This document shows, piece after piece, positions 10,771 to 20,442 of a DNA stretch of 25,205 bases (its first letter is position 1; each line of letters opens with the position of its first letter). This DNA comes from Cyanophora paradoxa CCMP329 (lineage: Eukaryota; Plantae; Glaucophyta): positions 1 through 25,205 of the forward strand of contig QPMI01000045.1 of the NCBI GenBank assembly GCA_004431415.1, given 5' to 3'. The translations under genes and the position numbers were made by a program. Under the pieces are notes generated by a model, which was not told the DNA's origin, searched no databases, and saw only the letters and a program-made list of their open reading frames with translations.

Positions 10771-10907
10771 GGGCGAGAGAAGCCCTAGGCCTACCGCTGA
10801 AAGCGCCGGCGGAGCGTGTTGCATTTTAGCACGTCTTCACCGTTTTTACAATGTGCACTTATATAATTAAGCTTCAGTACCCGCGGTCGAAGTCCACGCC
10901 ACTGCAG

Positions 10908-11132
10908 CTGCCTCTCATCATTCCCTTTGCATTCCTCTCTTCATTCCATTTCTAAATGTATTAGAAAGTATGGAGCGTTCCGTGCATTCCAGCGTTCCGC
11001 CCCCCTTGCCTCCCGGCGGCCCCGCAAGTGCACTCACAGGCGCCGGCGGCGTCGATTTTTGTGTGCGGCGACGCAGGGCCGGGGCGGGAGGTAGGTCTGG
11101 AACGCCGGAATGTGGAACGCGGCAGGGGGTAC
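10908..11132 (+). repeat. ~230 bp repeat family, copy B (tandem with A)
   Basis: Same core and the same GGAACGC...GGGGTAC end, about 365 nt after copy A. Confidence 0.9.
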
Positions 11133-11655
11133 AGCGCTCACAACCCGGCGCCCACCTCAACACGGGGGGTACAGGCCCAGAAGCTGACTCGAGCTCAGTG
11201 ATGAATCTTAGCCCGCCACCATGATCAAGAAGATCGATATTGGACTGACTTCAGCTACAAGAGTTGAGCTATATCTAATTAGTACTTGCGATCGATATGT
11301 ACGAGTATACGTGCCACCTAACTTATATATACTTTATGATTATATATACTATGATACTCATGATCATGATCATGATCACTGACATCTTAGCTTCGAGAAT
11401 ACATGACACGAAAGCTTCGAATTCTCTTTTTTCAAGCGTCACGATCAAGGTTTTAATTTGGCTTGTTATATATAAGATTATAAGATCGCGATATCATACA
11501 TAGAAGCGATTAAATATCTAAATCTAGACCTGTATACGTATATATACGTACATGCGCATGCCGCAGTGCGTACATGTTCCGGTTCATGATCAATTACATA
11601 ATTGTTTATGATCATGAACGTGAAAAAGGGTTGAGAGGTCATGCCATGATCATAA

Positions 11656-12105
11656 TCACTGAGTCAGCGGCCTCTTACGCTTACCCGGACTGTAGCTTTT
11701 CGGTAGAGTCGACTTTCTTACTTTCGAAGTTCCCGACGCCGAGGACTCTGCGCTTGCCAGATCCCATGCGCCGACGATAGCGGATACGGGGGCCCTTGCT
11801 GCAAGGCGACCGCTGCACGCGAGAAGGTTCGGGGCCCCGAGATAATCGGCGAATACGGCAACCTTGGCCAGCGCCACGAGCTTTGCTAGAGAGTCGTCTG
11901 CTGTATCTGAAGGCTCGAATAATGACGCTGTGGGAGGGGCTCGAAGGGCGAAGAAGGCACTCCGTAGCGTCTCCGAAGTAAATGGAAGCGGCACGGGAGA
12001 AGTGTCGGCGTCACTGCAAGCTTGCGCATCCTGCAGGACGCTGCTGTCGGCGAGGAGAGCGGGATCGCAATCAAAGACTTCGCCGTCGACGCTGACAAGC
12101 AGCAT
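11656..12105 (-). CDS. Skp1/BTB-POZ-like protein (intronless, 149 aa)
   Basis: MLLVSVDGEVFDCDPALLADSSVLQD..PVPLPFTSETL..VAVFADYLGAPNLL matches the Skp1 pattern L.S.DGE.F.V......S..L....P.PLP...S..L...A.YL....LL. The C-terminal F-box-binding helices look diverged, and the protein ends in a basic KRKRP. Confidence 0.75.
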   Translation of the reverse strand: MLLVSVDGEVFDCDPALLADSSVLQDAQACSDADTSPVPLPFTSETLRSAFFALRAPPTASLFEPSDTADDSLAKLVALAKVAVFADYLGAPNLLACSGRLAARAPVSAIVGAWDLASAESSASGTSKVRKSTLPKSYSPGKRKRPLTQ

Positions 12106-12601
12106 GTAAAAAGCTCAAAGATTTTTGCTAATCCGAGATCTAGAATGAAAGATGAATTCGAAAACTATATTTTAATAACGATTCGAGAGGTTCTATATGC
12201 AGGTACTGCGGTGTACGTGTCGTTGCGAACGCAAGCTAAGCGCGAGCGACACTGCAAAACTTCATCACAGCGGGCCGGGGTCAGGCGGGCCCGTTTGAGA
12301 AGCCGCCGGGCGCAGCCGCCGGTGGACTCCATTACGTTGTGCAATCGAATTAATGCTTATCCAACGGCAACCGCTTGCTTCTGCAGCAAGGGCGGCTCGC
12401 CAGACCAATCCCCCGACCACCCTAGCCCGCCGGCGCCAGGGCCTCCGAGGGTGACTTCGCTCGCGCCGAGCTAGCCCATTACCTCGCCTCTGTGCCAGCT
12501 CCCCGCGGGATGCGTGCCAGGCTCCAGGGCGCGCTCCGAGCCGCGGCCCCCTCTCCAGGTACGGATCCGGACCGGGGGCCGGGATAGGGGATACTCGGTC
12601 C

Positions 12602-12833
12602 GCGAGAAACTGGAGCACTGCGCGTGTAGCTGCTGCTTCCAGCATTGCAACGAGGCGTTCAGTTTCTCGCCAATCGCTCTTCCAGATTTAACCAGACGGA
12701 ACCGACCAGACGCCATACGAGTCCAGGAAAATCGAAAAGGGGACATTCCAGGGACATTGGCGAGAAACTGAGCAAGGATAACAACTACGCACGCACGTAC
12801 CACACTCCTCCTATTTTCAGTTTCTCGCCAATC
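12602..12833. repeat. Cluster of the 16-18 bp motif TCAGTTTCTCGCCAAT in alternating orientation
   Basis: Direct copies at 12658-12675 and 12816-12833, an inverted copy at 12756-12771, and a partial inverted copy at 12602-12612. Confidence 0.85.
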
Positions 12834-13261
12834 CCTTCCTGTGAGATCCCGATTCCGGCCCCCCGGGGGACCCCCGCCCCCCGGCCCCCCTGCTTCCCGG
12901 GGCCGCCAGGCCGCGCCGCTCAAGGAGCAGCATTGCAATGCCAGCCCGAGCTAATGCGCGCCTCTACCGTGCCGGTCGCCGGCTTTTCTCCAGATTTGAT
13001 CTCTGCCCCGAGGGCGCTCGGCGGGCCGCCCGCCTTGCGCGCACGCGCCCCGGCCCGCCCTCGGCAGTCGGCCTCGCGCGGCTTGCGCGCCTGACAAATA
13101 ACCGCTAGTGCACGCCGCCGTGATAGCTGGTTATCCCGGGACCAGCTCCAACTCGCGGCCGCCAAGTGCATCAAGAGTTGAGCGCGAGCGGTCAAGGACG
13201 AGCACAAGTCTTCTCTTTATAAAAATACAGCGCTAGCATACTAACGTTCTATCTATAGCAG

Positions 13262-13457
13262 AGCTAGAGGCTTGGAGAGCCATGCCAGGGAAAATGTGGA
13301 AATTGAATTAGAGACGCCCCTCGGGGGGCGTGAAGAAATTAATTACGTTAGCGTTACATCTATAACACATCTATTACAGCTAGAGGCTCGGAGAGCCAAG
13401 CCAGGGAAATTGAAATAGAAAATGAAAGAGGCGCCACTCGGGGGCGTGAACAAATTC
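13262..13457. repeat. Imperfect ~80 bp direct repeat (2 copies) downstream of the dioxygenase gene
   Basis: AGCTAGAGGCT(T/C)GGAGAGCCA(T/A)GCCAGGGAAA...GAG(A/G)CGCC(C/A)CTCGGGGGGCGTGAA(G/C)AAATT at about 13262-13340 and 13378-13457. Confidence 0.85.
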
Positions 13458-13506
13458 AAGGTGGCGGGGCGCCGAGATCCAAAAAAGAAAGCAGAGTAAA
13501 AACTCA

Positions 13507-16149
13507 TTAAGGTGCGTTTGGAGAGGCGCCCTCGGAGTTGACCTTGAGGTTGTTCCCCAGCGTCAGCACGATGCAGTATCTGCCGGAAAGAGAAGGCTCG
13601 GAGTGAGCTTGAGAGGCGCCGCTGCGGCGGCCGCGGGAGGGCCCGGCGCACCGCCCCTCCGTGTCGTCGTCCTCCACCACGCCGTGCTTCAGATAGTGGC
13701 CCTGCCGCGAGAGGCGACGCGTCGGCCGCCGTCGCCCCGCCGGGCGAAGCCAGAGGCGCGGCCAAGCGTGCATGCGCACCTTGATAAAGACGACGTCGCC
13801 GTGGCGGAGCTCGACGGAGATGCCGAGGGCGGGGAAGCGGAGGCGGTGCAGGCGCCGGTCGCGGTCGCCGTCGGGGTGGAAATAGATGAGGGCCGCGTAC
13901 CCCTCTCGCGCATCGTTCACGTCGCGGTGCGGATCCGTGATCCTGCACCGGGGGAAAACGTCGGCCGCTCGCGGGCCGGCCGGGGCGGCCGGACGGGGGG
14001 TACGGCGGGCGGGGGAGGTGGCGGGGGTGGCTCACTTGTCCGGCCCGTTCATCCACTGCATCGCCCAGAAACCTGTACACGCAGGGATGATGGGAGCCCG
14101 GCCGCGCCCCCGGCCCCGCCACCCCCGAGGGCGGCCCGGCGGCGCACCGTAGTTGTACGGCTGCTGCTCGAGCAGCCGCAAGCTGATCTGGGCCATCTGG
14201 CAGGCGGCCCTCAGGTTGACGATGCTGAAGGCCGCGATGAGGTACTCCAGCAGCCCCGCGAGGTACCAGTTGAAGAGGTGCAGGCGCCGGTTCGCGTTCG
14301 TATCCGGCCCGAACTGCTTGTTGATGACCACCTGAGGCGGGCGTGAGCGCGGGCGCTCTGGCGCGCGGGGGGAGGCGGTCGGGAATCGCGGCGGGCAGCG
14401 GGCGGGCGCACCGGCGTCGGGACCGTGGCGCTAAGGCGCTGGCAGCCCGTGGTGACCCGATCGCCGCGCACCCCCTCCTGCTCCTCCGTGCCGCACCCGT
14501 GCCCCCCCTTCTTCTTCTTCTTCGTCTTCTTCTTCTTCGGCTTGGGCTCCGGCTTCTCTTCGGCCTGCGCGAGCCAGCCCTCGCGCTCGAGCTCCGCCAG
14601 CTTGGCTCGCATGACGTCGAGGCTGCCCGTCTCCAGCGCCGCCTTGGCGCCTCGTCGGCCGCGTCCAGCAGCGCCTGATCCTGCGCGTCCCGCCCATCAG
14701 CATCGCGACCGCCCGGCGGCGGGGACCGCGGGGTGGCGGCCGGGCAGAGGCGGGGAGGGGAGCGCGGGGGGCGGCGCACCAGCTCGGCGTTGTCGTGCGG
14801 CTTCCCCTTGGAAGCAAAGGGCATCGCCACCGAGCCGCAGGCGACGACGGCCGCGACGCGCTTGATTGCGGCGCCCTCCGCGTCCCAGAAGAGGTCGGGC
14901 AGGTGGGCGGCGGCCAGCTCGCCGCCGAGGACGAGGCGCGTGAACGTCCCGCGCCCCATCACCGCGTCGTGCTTCCGCACCTCCCTTCCCGGCAGGCCGG
15001 GCGGGAGGGGCTTCAGGCCGTGGCAGAGGGCGCCCTGCGCGCCGGGGGCTCGGCGGGGGCGCGCGTGGGGCGCGCCGGGGGCGTGCGGAGGGGCGGGCGG
15101 GCGGACCTGGGCCCGCAGGACCTCTTGGATGAAGCGCGTGTCCACCTCGCCGCCGCCGGGGAGGTTGCAGCTGAGCACGAGCGTCTGCGGGGGCGACACG
15201 GCGCGCTTCGCCACCGCGACGGCGTGCAGGGGCCCGTGGGGTCGTCGAGAAAGGCCCCCTGCAGGGCGCGCAGGGTCCACTCGGCGACGGGGCGCGGCTC
15301 GAGCCTCTTCCCCGACCGCAGCCGCAGCTCGGAGCCGTAGAGCTCGGCCTCGCGCGCCGGGGGCCCGAGCATCCCCGGAGGTACGATCCCGCGAGGCAGC
15401 TGCGGAGGGGGAGGCGCGTTCGGGCCGGGGCGGCAGCGGGCGGGCGAGAGGGGGCGTCTCGCACGTAGATCGTCTTGCCGGCCCAGCGGTGGGCCCCGAA
15501 GGACGGGAGCCCGTAGGTGTACCGCGCCAGGAGCGCGGCCTTGGCGAACGGATCTGCGGCAGGGCGTCGGGCGGGCAGCGGCGCTGCGAGCGCGGGGCGA
15601 GGAGGGGCGGGCGGACTCTTTGTGCGGAGGGGCACGCCGGGCCGGGAGCGCGTTGGACGCGCGCCTCTGCCCGCCGACCGCCAGCCCCGCCGCGCGCTTC
15701 TCGTTGCGCTTCCTCAAGGCCTCGGCGCGCCGAGCCGCCGCCGCCGGTCGGCCGCGAGCGCCTCTGCCGCGGCGGCGCACAGGGCCGCGTCGTCCGCGCC
15801 GTCCGCCGACGCGGCGGCGGCCCCGGGCGGCTCCCGCGGCGGCTCCTGCTGCAGACGCTCGCCCCTGCGCGGGCGGACGCGCCGCGGGCCTCCTCCGCTT
15901 CCGCCCGGCCCGGCCGACCGCCGGGGCCGGGCCTGCGCAGGCGCCGGACCGCTCCGGTTCCCCGACCAGGGCCGCCTGTGCGTTCTCGCGCCTCCGCTTG
16001 TGCGTGGCCTGCGCTGCAATGCCGCGGTGCCTGGCGGCCGCCTTCCTCGCCGCCTTGGTAGCCTTGGCCAGCTCCGTCAGCGGGATCAACTCCAGCCCCG
16101 CGCGCGCAAGCATGCCGCCGCGCGAGCTGCCGGGCCCGCCGTCCGGCAT
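13507..16149 (-). CDS. TET/JBP-family-like 2OG-Fe(II) dioxygenase, multi-exon, long N-terminal extension; frameshifted
   Basis: The spliced C-terminus reads NGPDK|ITDPHRDVNDAREGYAALIYFHPD..LRFPALGISVELRHGDVVFIK|GHYLKHGVVEDDDTEG|RYCIVLTL. It has HxD (13921-13929), distal His (13684-13686) and the 2OG-binding Arg, plus the TET/JBP-like HxDxxD, L.FP.LG..V.L..GDV and HGV signature. The start is uncertain, with possible further exons up to about 16700. Confidence 0.75.
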
Positions 16150-16941
16150 GATCTTCGGATGCGTGCTTCACCTGCGAAATTAAAGGCGAGGCGTCGGCGC
16201 GGGCGGCCGCAGGGCTCGAGCGAGTGGCGGCGAGCTTTCGATATCGGTCGCGTGGCGCGCGGGCTGCTCCGCGCACCTCTTCTCCGCCGCGCCCAATGCC
16301 CTAGACGAGCCAGCGGGCCTTTGCGGTGCGCCAGCAGCCGTCGGGGCTGTTTCTGCTGCAACAACGAGCTCCGTCGCGGACGCGTAGCTCGCCGATTCGT
16401 CGTTGGGTTCTGCTGGTGTCGAATCGAAAGGTGCCCAGGTATCACGCGACTGTTGCGACGTTGAGCCCCACTTGTCCGCTTAGATCGTCGCCACGGGTTT
16501 TCTTCGCGGGTACCCCCTTGGCCGCCCGCTGCCCGCAGTTAACGTTCACGTTCAGGCTGGAATCCGCTAGAGTATGTATACGCAGAGCTCGGGCGCCGGC
16601 CGCCATCCAATGATTTACTCGCGACCGGCTGCCTTTTTTCTCGTTGAATTCGAAGCCGCGAGTGCCGCTGACGAATGCGCGAGCCAAGCTCAGCCAAAAA
16701 CTCGTGCGCCCTCGGTTTCATCGCCGCGGGGTGGGTTCAGGAGGCGCGGCCCTCTCGTGCGTGCATGCGCGCCCCGGACCCCCGCCCACCCCAGTGCTCG
16801 GCTCGGCAGAGACGACCGCAGCGGCCTCGGCGGATTCGACAGAAATGTACAATGCCCGCCCGACCCGCGGGCGTCGGGCGAGCCGCCGAGCCGGCCCTGG
16901 GCCTCGCGGCCCCCTCGCCGCGCGCCGTAGCCGAGCCCGCC

Positions 16942-17829
16942 TCACTCGTCCTCGCCGCGGATCTTGCGGCGGAGCTGCGATCGCCCGCCCCGCCGGTCAG
17001 AAGAGGACGGGGATCGAGCCCGCCGGCGGGGCAGAGGGGCGGGGGCACCTGGATATCCTGTGCGCGAAAGCGGCGGGCGCCGTCAGCCTCCGGCGCGTGC
17101 GAGGGCGAGCGCGGGGGAGGGGGCGTGCCTTGGTTGGATGGTCGTGCGGCCGCGGTGGATCGCCATGAGGTTGGCCCCCTCAAAGGTCTGGATGAGGTGC
17201 ATCTCGGCCGCCTCGCGCAGCGCCTCGATCGCCTCCTTCTGCCAGCGCAGGTCCTCGCAGGTGAAGCCGGCCTCGCGCCGGCGCTTGAACTCGTCCTGGG
17301 CCAGCTCCTTGACCTGCGGCCCGCGCGCCCCCGTCAGCCTCGTCCCCCCGCCCCGCCCCGCGCGGCCGCCCCGGGCGGACGCACCAGACGATCAAAGCGC
17401 GCGTAGGAGATGAGGGGATTAAACGTCTTCTGGTACTTGCGGATCTGAGGGAGAGCGGGGCCCGGTCAGGAACGAGGAGGAGAAGGGGACGGGGCGATGA
17501 CGGGGGCTCGTTTTGTTTAGAGAGAGGGCGGCGGGGCGGACCTCGCGGAGGCGACCGTCCCTGCCCCGGCCCAACGCGCGCGGCGCTCAGCCGCGGAGCC
17601 GGCGGGGCCCGGCGGGGATCGGGGCGGCGCACCGGGGCGGTACCTGCGGGCGCGCTGGGGTGAGGCGGGGAAGGAAGGGCCGGGGGCGCGCTCGCGCTCT
17701 CGAGGCGCACCTGTGCGGCCTCTTGACGCCCCGGCGGCGGGGCGCTCTTCCGCGCGGCCTTGGTGGCCAGGCACCTCCTCGGCGCCTTGCCCCGGTCGAC
17801 CTCTTTGCCGTCTGCTTCATGCGCGCCAT
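16942..17829 (-). CDS. H3: Divergent histone H3 variant, 7 exons, with several 1-nt frameshifts
   Basis: Exons 17829-17711, 17643-17633, 17560-17542, 17444-17385, 17313-17129, 17057-17049 and 16974-16942 give MARMKQTAKRSTG(G)KAPRRCLATKAARKSAPP..GVKRPHR|YRPG|TVA(L)RE|IRKYQKTFNPLISYARFDRL|VKELAQDEFKRRREAGFTCEDLRWQKEAIEALREAAEMHLIQTFEGANLMAIHRGRTTIQ(P)K|DIQ|LRRKIRGEDE*. Confidence 0.92.
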
Positions 17830-17914
17830 GGCCGCCCGTTACCCCTCGCGGGCTCGTCGGGCTCGGCGGCTCGCCGCTGCCGGCGCTGCACCCGACCTCG
17901 CCTGCGGGAGCCTG

Positions 17915-17920
17915 TATTTA
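17915..17920 (-). promoter_or_regulatory. TAAATA motif upstream of the H3 gene
   Basis: TATTTA on the + strand, about 85 nt upstream of ATG 17829. Confidence 0.45.
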
Positions 17921-19861
17921 AGCGTCGGCCGGCGAGGGAAAAGGAGGGGAGGGGATTGCGCGAAGCAACTCACCGGGAGCGGCGGCGGGGAGACGGATTC
18001 GGGGTAGAAAAGAAGGCGCGGGGTGCCGAGGGCGGGCCCCGGGCGGCCCACCGGGACGGGGCGGGAGGGGGCGGCGGCGGCGAGAACGGCGCGGGGCGCC
18101 CCGGCGACCCGACCCTCGAGTCCTCCGAGCGATCGCCCCCTCTTGCGAGCGTTGGATCGACAGAGGGCGGCGGGGCGGGTGAGGGAAATCAAACAATCCG
18201 CCCTAGCGGCCCGCGGGCGCACCGGCAGACGGTGGGACCCCGTCCGATCGATCGGGCTCGTCTTTTCGGTTCGTTTAAAAAAAAGCCCGGGCCGAATTAG
18301 TGTCCTAGGGGGGGGGGTACGTGCCACACCGGCGCCGTACCTCACCTTTAGCTCGCGACCTCATGGAGCTCTAACCCGACCAAATCGACCCCGGGGAATC
18401 GAATGGCGGGGTCGGCGGGGGGCGTAGAGGGGGTACTGGAGCGCCAGGGAGGGGTCGGGGTTTTGATGGCGGCGCAACCTGGCAAAGCCCGGTGAATAGC
18501 AGCCGATGGGTGCTAGTAAACGATCGGGCGGGTTTGGGCTCACTCCGCCGCTCCGGCGACGCGCGAGATGCGTTCGAACGACGCCGGGTCGCTGCCGCGC
18601 GGCTCCTGCCGGCCGAAGGGCGCCCAGAGGCCATCTGCGCACCCTACGATCGTACTGGGAGCGTTTGCCCGCGCGGGCGGGCGGGAGCTCGGTGCGTTTG
18701 CGGGACGCGCCGTCGGCCACGCGGCGGCTCGCGAGCGAGCGCGGACCGATCGGGCGTGTAGCGAGCACCGCAAAGGCCAGCAAACACGTTTCCCGGCCGC
18801 CAGGCGTGCGACGCGACGACCATTTGCCGATGTCTGCGGAGTCCAGCGCAGGCCGAGCCCACGGTCAGCTTTTCATCGATCAAAGAGTGCGAGCTGCGCA
18901 CCTGTGACGTCCTATGGCGGCGGGCTGCAGGATCAGGGATGCCGGTCGGTCGCGCGAGGGTACTCTTATTTCACTGGGGTACGCGTATCGCGGGCCAGTT
19001 TGCAGCAGCAGCCGTATGTGTGCAGTTTACATAAACGAGAACATGTGAGACGGGCGGCTGGGCGCCACGTCGCACCTTTCCTCGAGATTCAGGTGCTTCG
19101 GATCTCGTTCGATTTCCGCCCCCGCCGTCGCCAATTGAGCGCTTGACCTTGCGCAGGCGCAGTGCCCGGGCCGGCGCCGGCGGAGCCCGCGGAGCCGAGC
19201 GCACGGGTGCACGTGCGGCCGGCATCGGAGATCAGATTTCTGCGCGCGATCCGCGTCCGTCCCGCGGCGCGTGCCGGGGAGCTCGATCCGAGGTGCCGTG
19301 CCCGAGCTCGAGCGTGGGCGCCTGCACCTCCAGCCTCAGCTCGCAGCACGCAGCCGCAACGTGCGCGCCGCAGCTCGCACCGGCGTGGGCCGGCGTGCGC
19401 GCCAGCACGAGGCGCCACCCCCCGATCTCTCCATTCGCGTCGGTTTGGAGGAACAGGCTAGGTGCGCAGCTGCAGGCCGCCGATGCGCACCGGCCGCGTC
19501 GTCGAGGCAGAGTAGAGGGCCGGGCGGGGGCGGGCGTGCGTCGCGTTGCGCCGCTGCGTTAGCTGCCTCGTCCCGTGCACGCCAAAAAACTCTGATGCGG
19601 TGTCTGCTTCGCAGGTTTCCTCCGGTGGGGGGCGGACGGCACGCCAGCAGTATTAGAGGCGCAGCGGACCGAGTCTCTTCTCTCGCGCTCGTTGCTGCTC
19701 AGGTACGCGCCGCTGTTATTCGATCGTCCGGCGGCGTGCCCCCGCCCCCCTCTAGAACTCCACCCGGGCCCCGACCGCTGCCCCTGTACCGTTTATCGTT
19801 ATCGATTTATTTTCTTGTCCTTTGAGCTACGTGTGCATCGTAGCTGCTTTCAATTTACCCC

Positions 19862-20091
19862 GTACCCCAAGCCGCGTTCCGCATTCCAGCGTTCCAGACC
19901 TGCCCTCGCCCCCGGCCCTGCGCCGCTGCACCGAATTGAACTCGATTCCGCCGAGGCCGTGGGTGCGCTCGCCGGGGCGCCGGGATCAGAAGGGGGGCGG
20001 AACGCTGGAATGCACGGAACGCTCCTTACTCTCTCATACATTTAGAATTGGAATGAAGAGAGGAATGCAAGGGAATGCGGGCCGCGGGTAC
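19862..20091 (-). repeat. ~230 bp repeat family, copy C (inverted relative to A/B)
   Basis: GTACCCCAAGCCGCGTTCCGCATTCCAGCGTTCCAGACC ... ACATTTAGAATTGGAATGAAGAGAGGAATGCAAGGGAATG...GGGTAC. Confidence 0.9.
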
Positions 20092-20215
20092 AAGATCGCC
20101 TCCCCATCTACCTGTCTCTCTAGCCCCTCTGGTGAGTTCCTTTTTCAGGCGCTAGATTCGATGAGAGGCCCGGGGTCGGTACCCCCTCCTCTCCTCTACC
20201 CCGAAGCAACGCCAT

Positions 20216-20442
20216 GTACCCCAACCGCGTTCCGCATTCCAGCGTTCCAGACCCTCCTCCCGCCCCCGGCCCCGCGCCATTGCACGCAACCTCAACGCCG
20301 CCGGCGCCCATGGGTGTGCTCGCCGGGCCGCCGGGAGCCAAGGGGGGCGGAACGCTGGAACGCACGGAATTCTCCATACTTTCTAACACATTTAGAATTG
20401 GAATGAAGAGAGGAATGCAAGGGAATGCGGGCTGCGGGGTAC
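20216..20442 (-). repeat. ~230 bp repeat family, copy D (tandem with C)
   Basis: Same as copy C, about 350 nt later. Similarity with C continues about 35 nt past the GTAC (CAAGA..CTACCTGTC..CTCTAGC). Confidence 0.9.

Noticed and set aside
10541-11132. CRISPR array or protein-coding repeats (ORFs ending ..TFRNGMKRGMQG..)
   Set aside because: The units are about 230 bp with only two per cluster and no repeat-spacer periodicity. The similar peptides simply reflect the DNA repeat.
11297-11503. 68-aa hydrophobic ORF
   Set aside because: It arises from AT-rich ATCATG/TATA low-complexity sequence, with no support for coding.
13343-16276. 977-aa ORF as a single protein
   Set aside because: It is a read-through of GC-rich introns and wrong frames. 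Only short parts coincide with real exons of the dioxygenase gene.
16942-17829. Definitive call as canonical H3 or as CenH3
   Set aside because: The fold is too divergent for canonical H3, and the tail is too H3-like for a confident CenH3 call without phylogeny or localisation.
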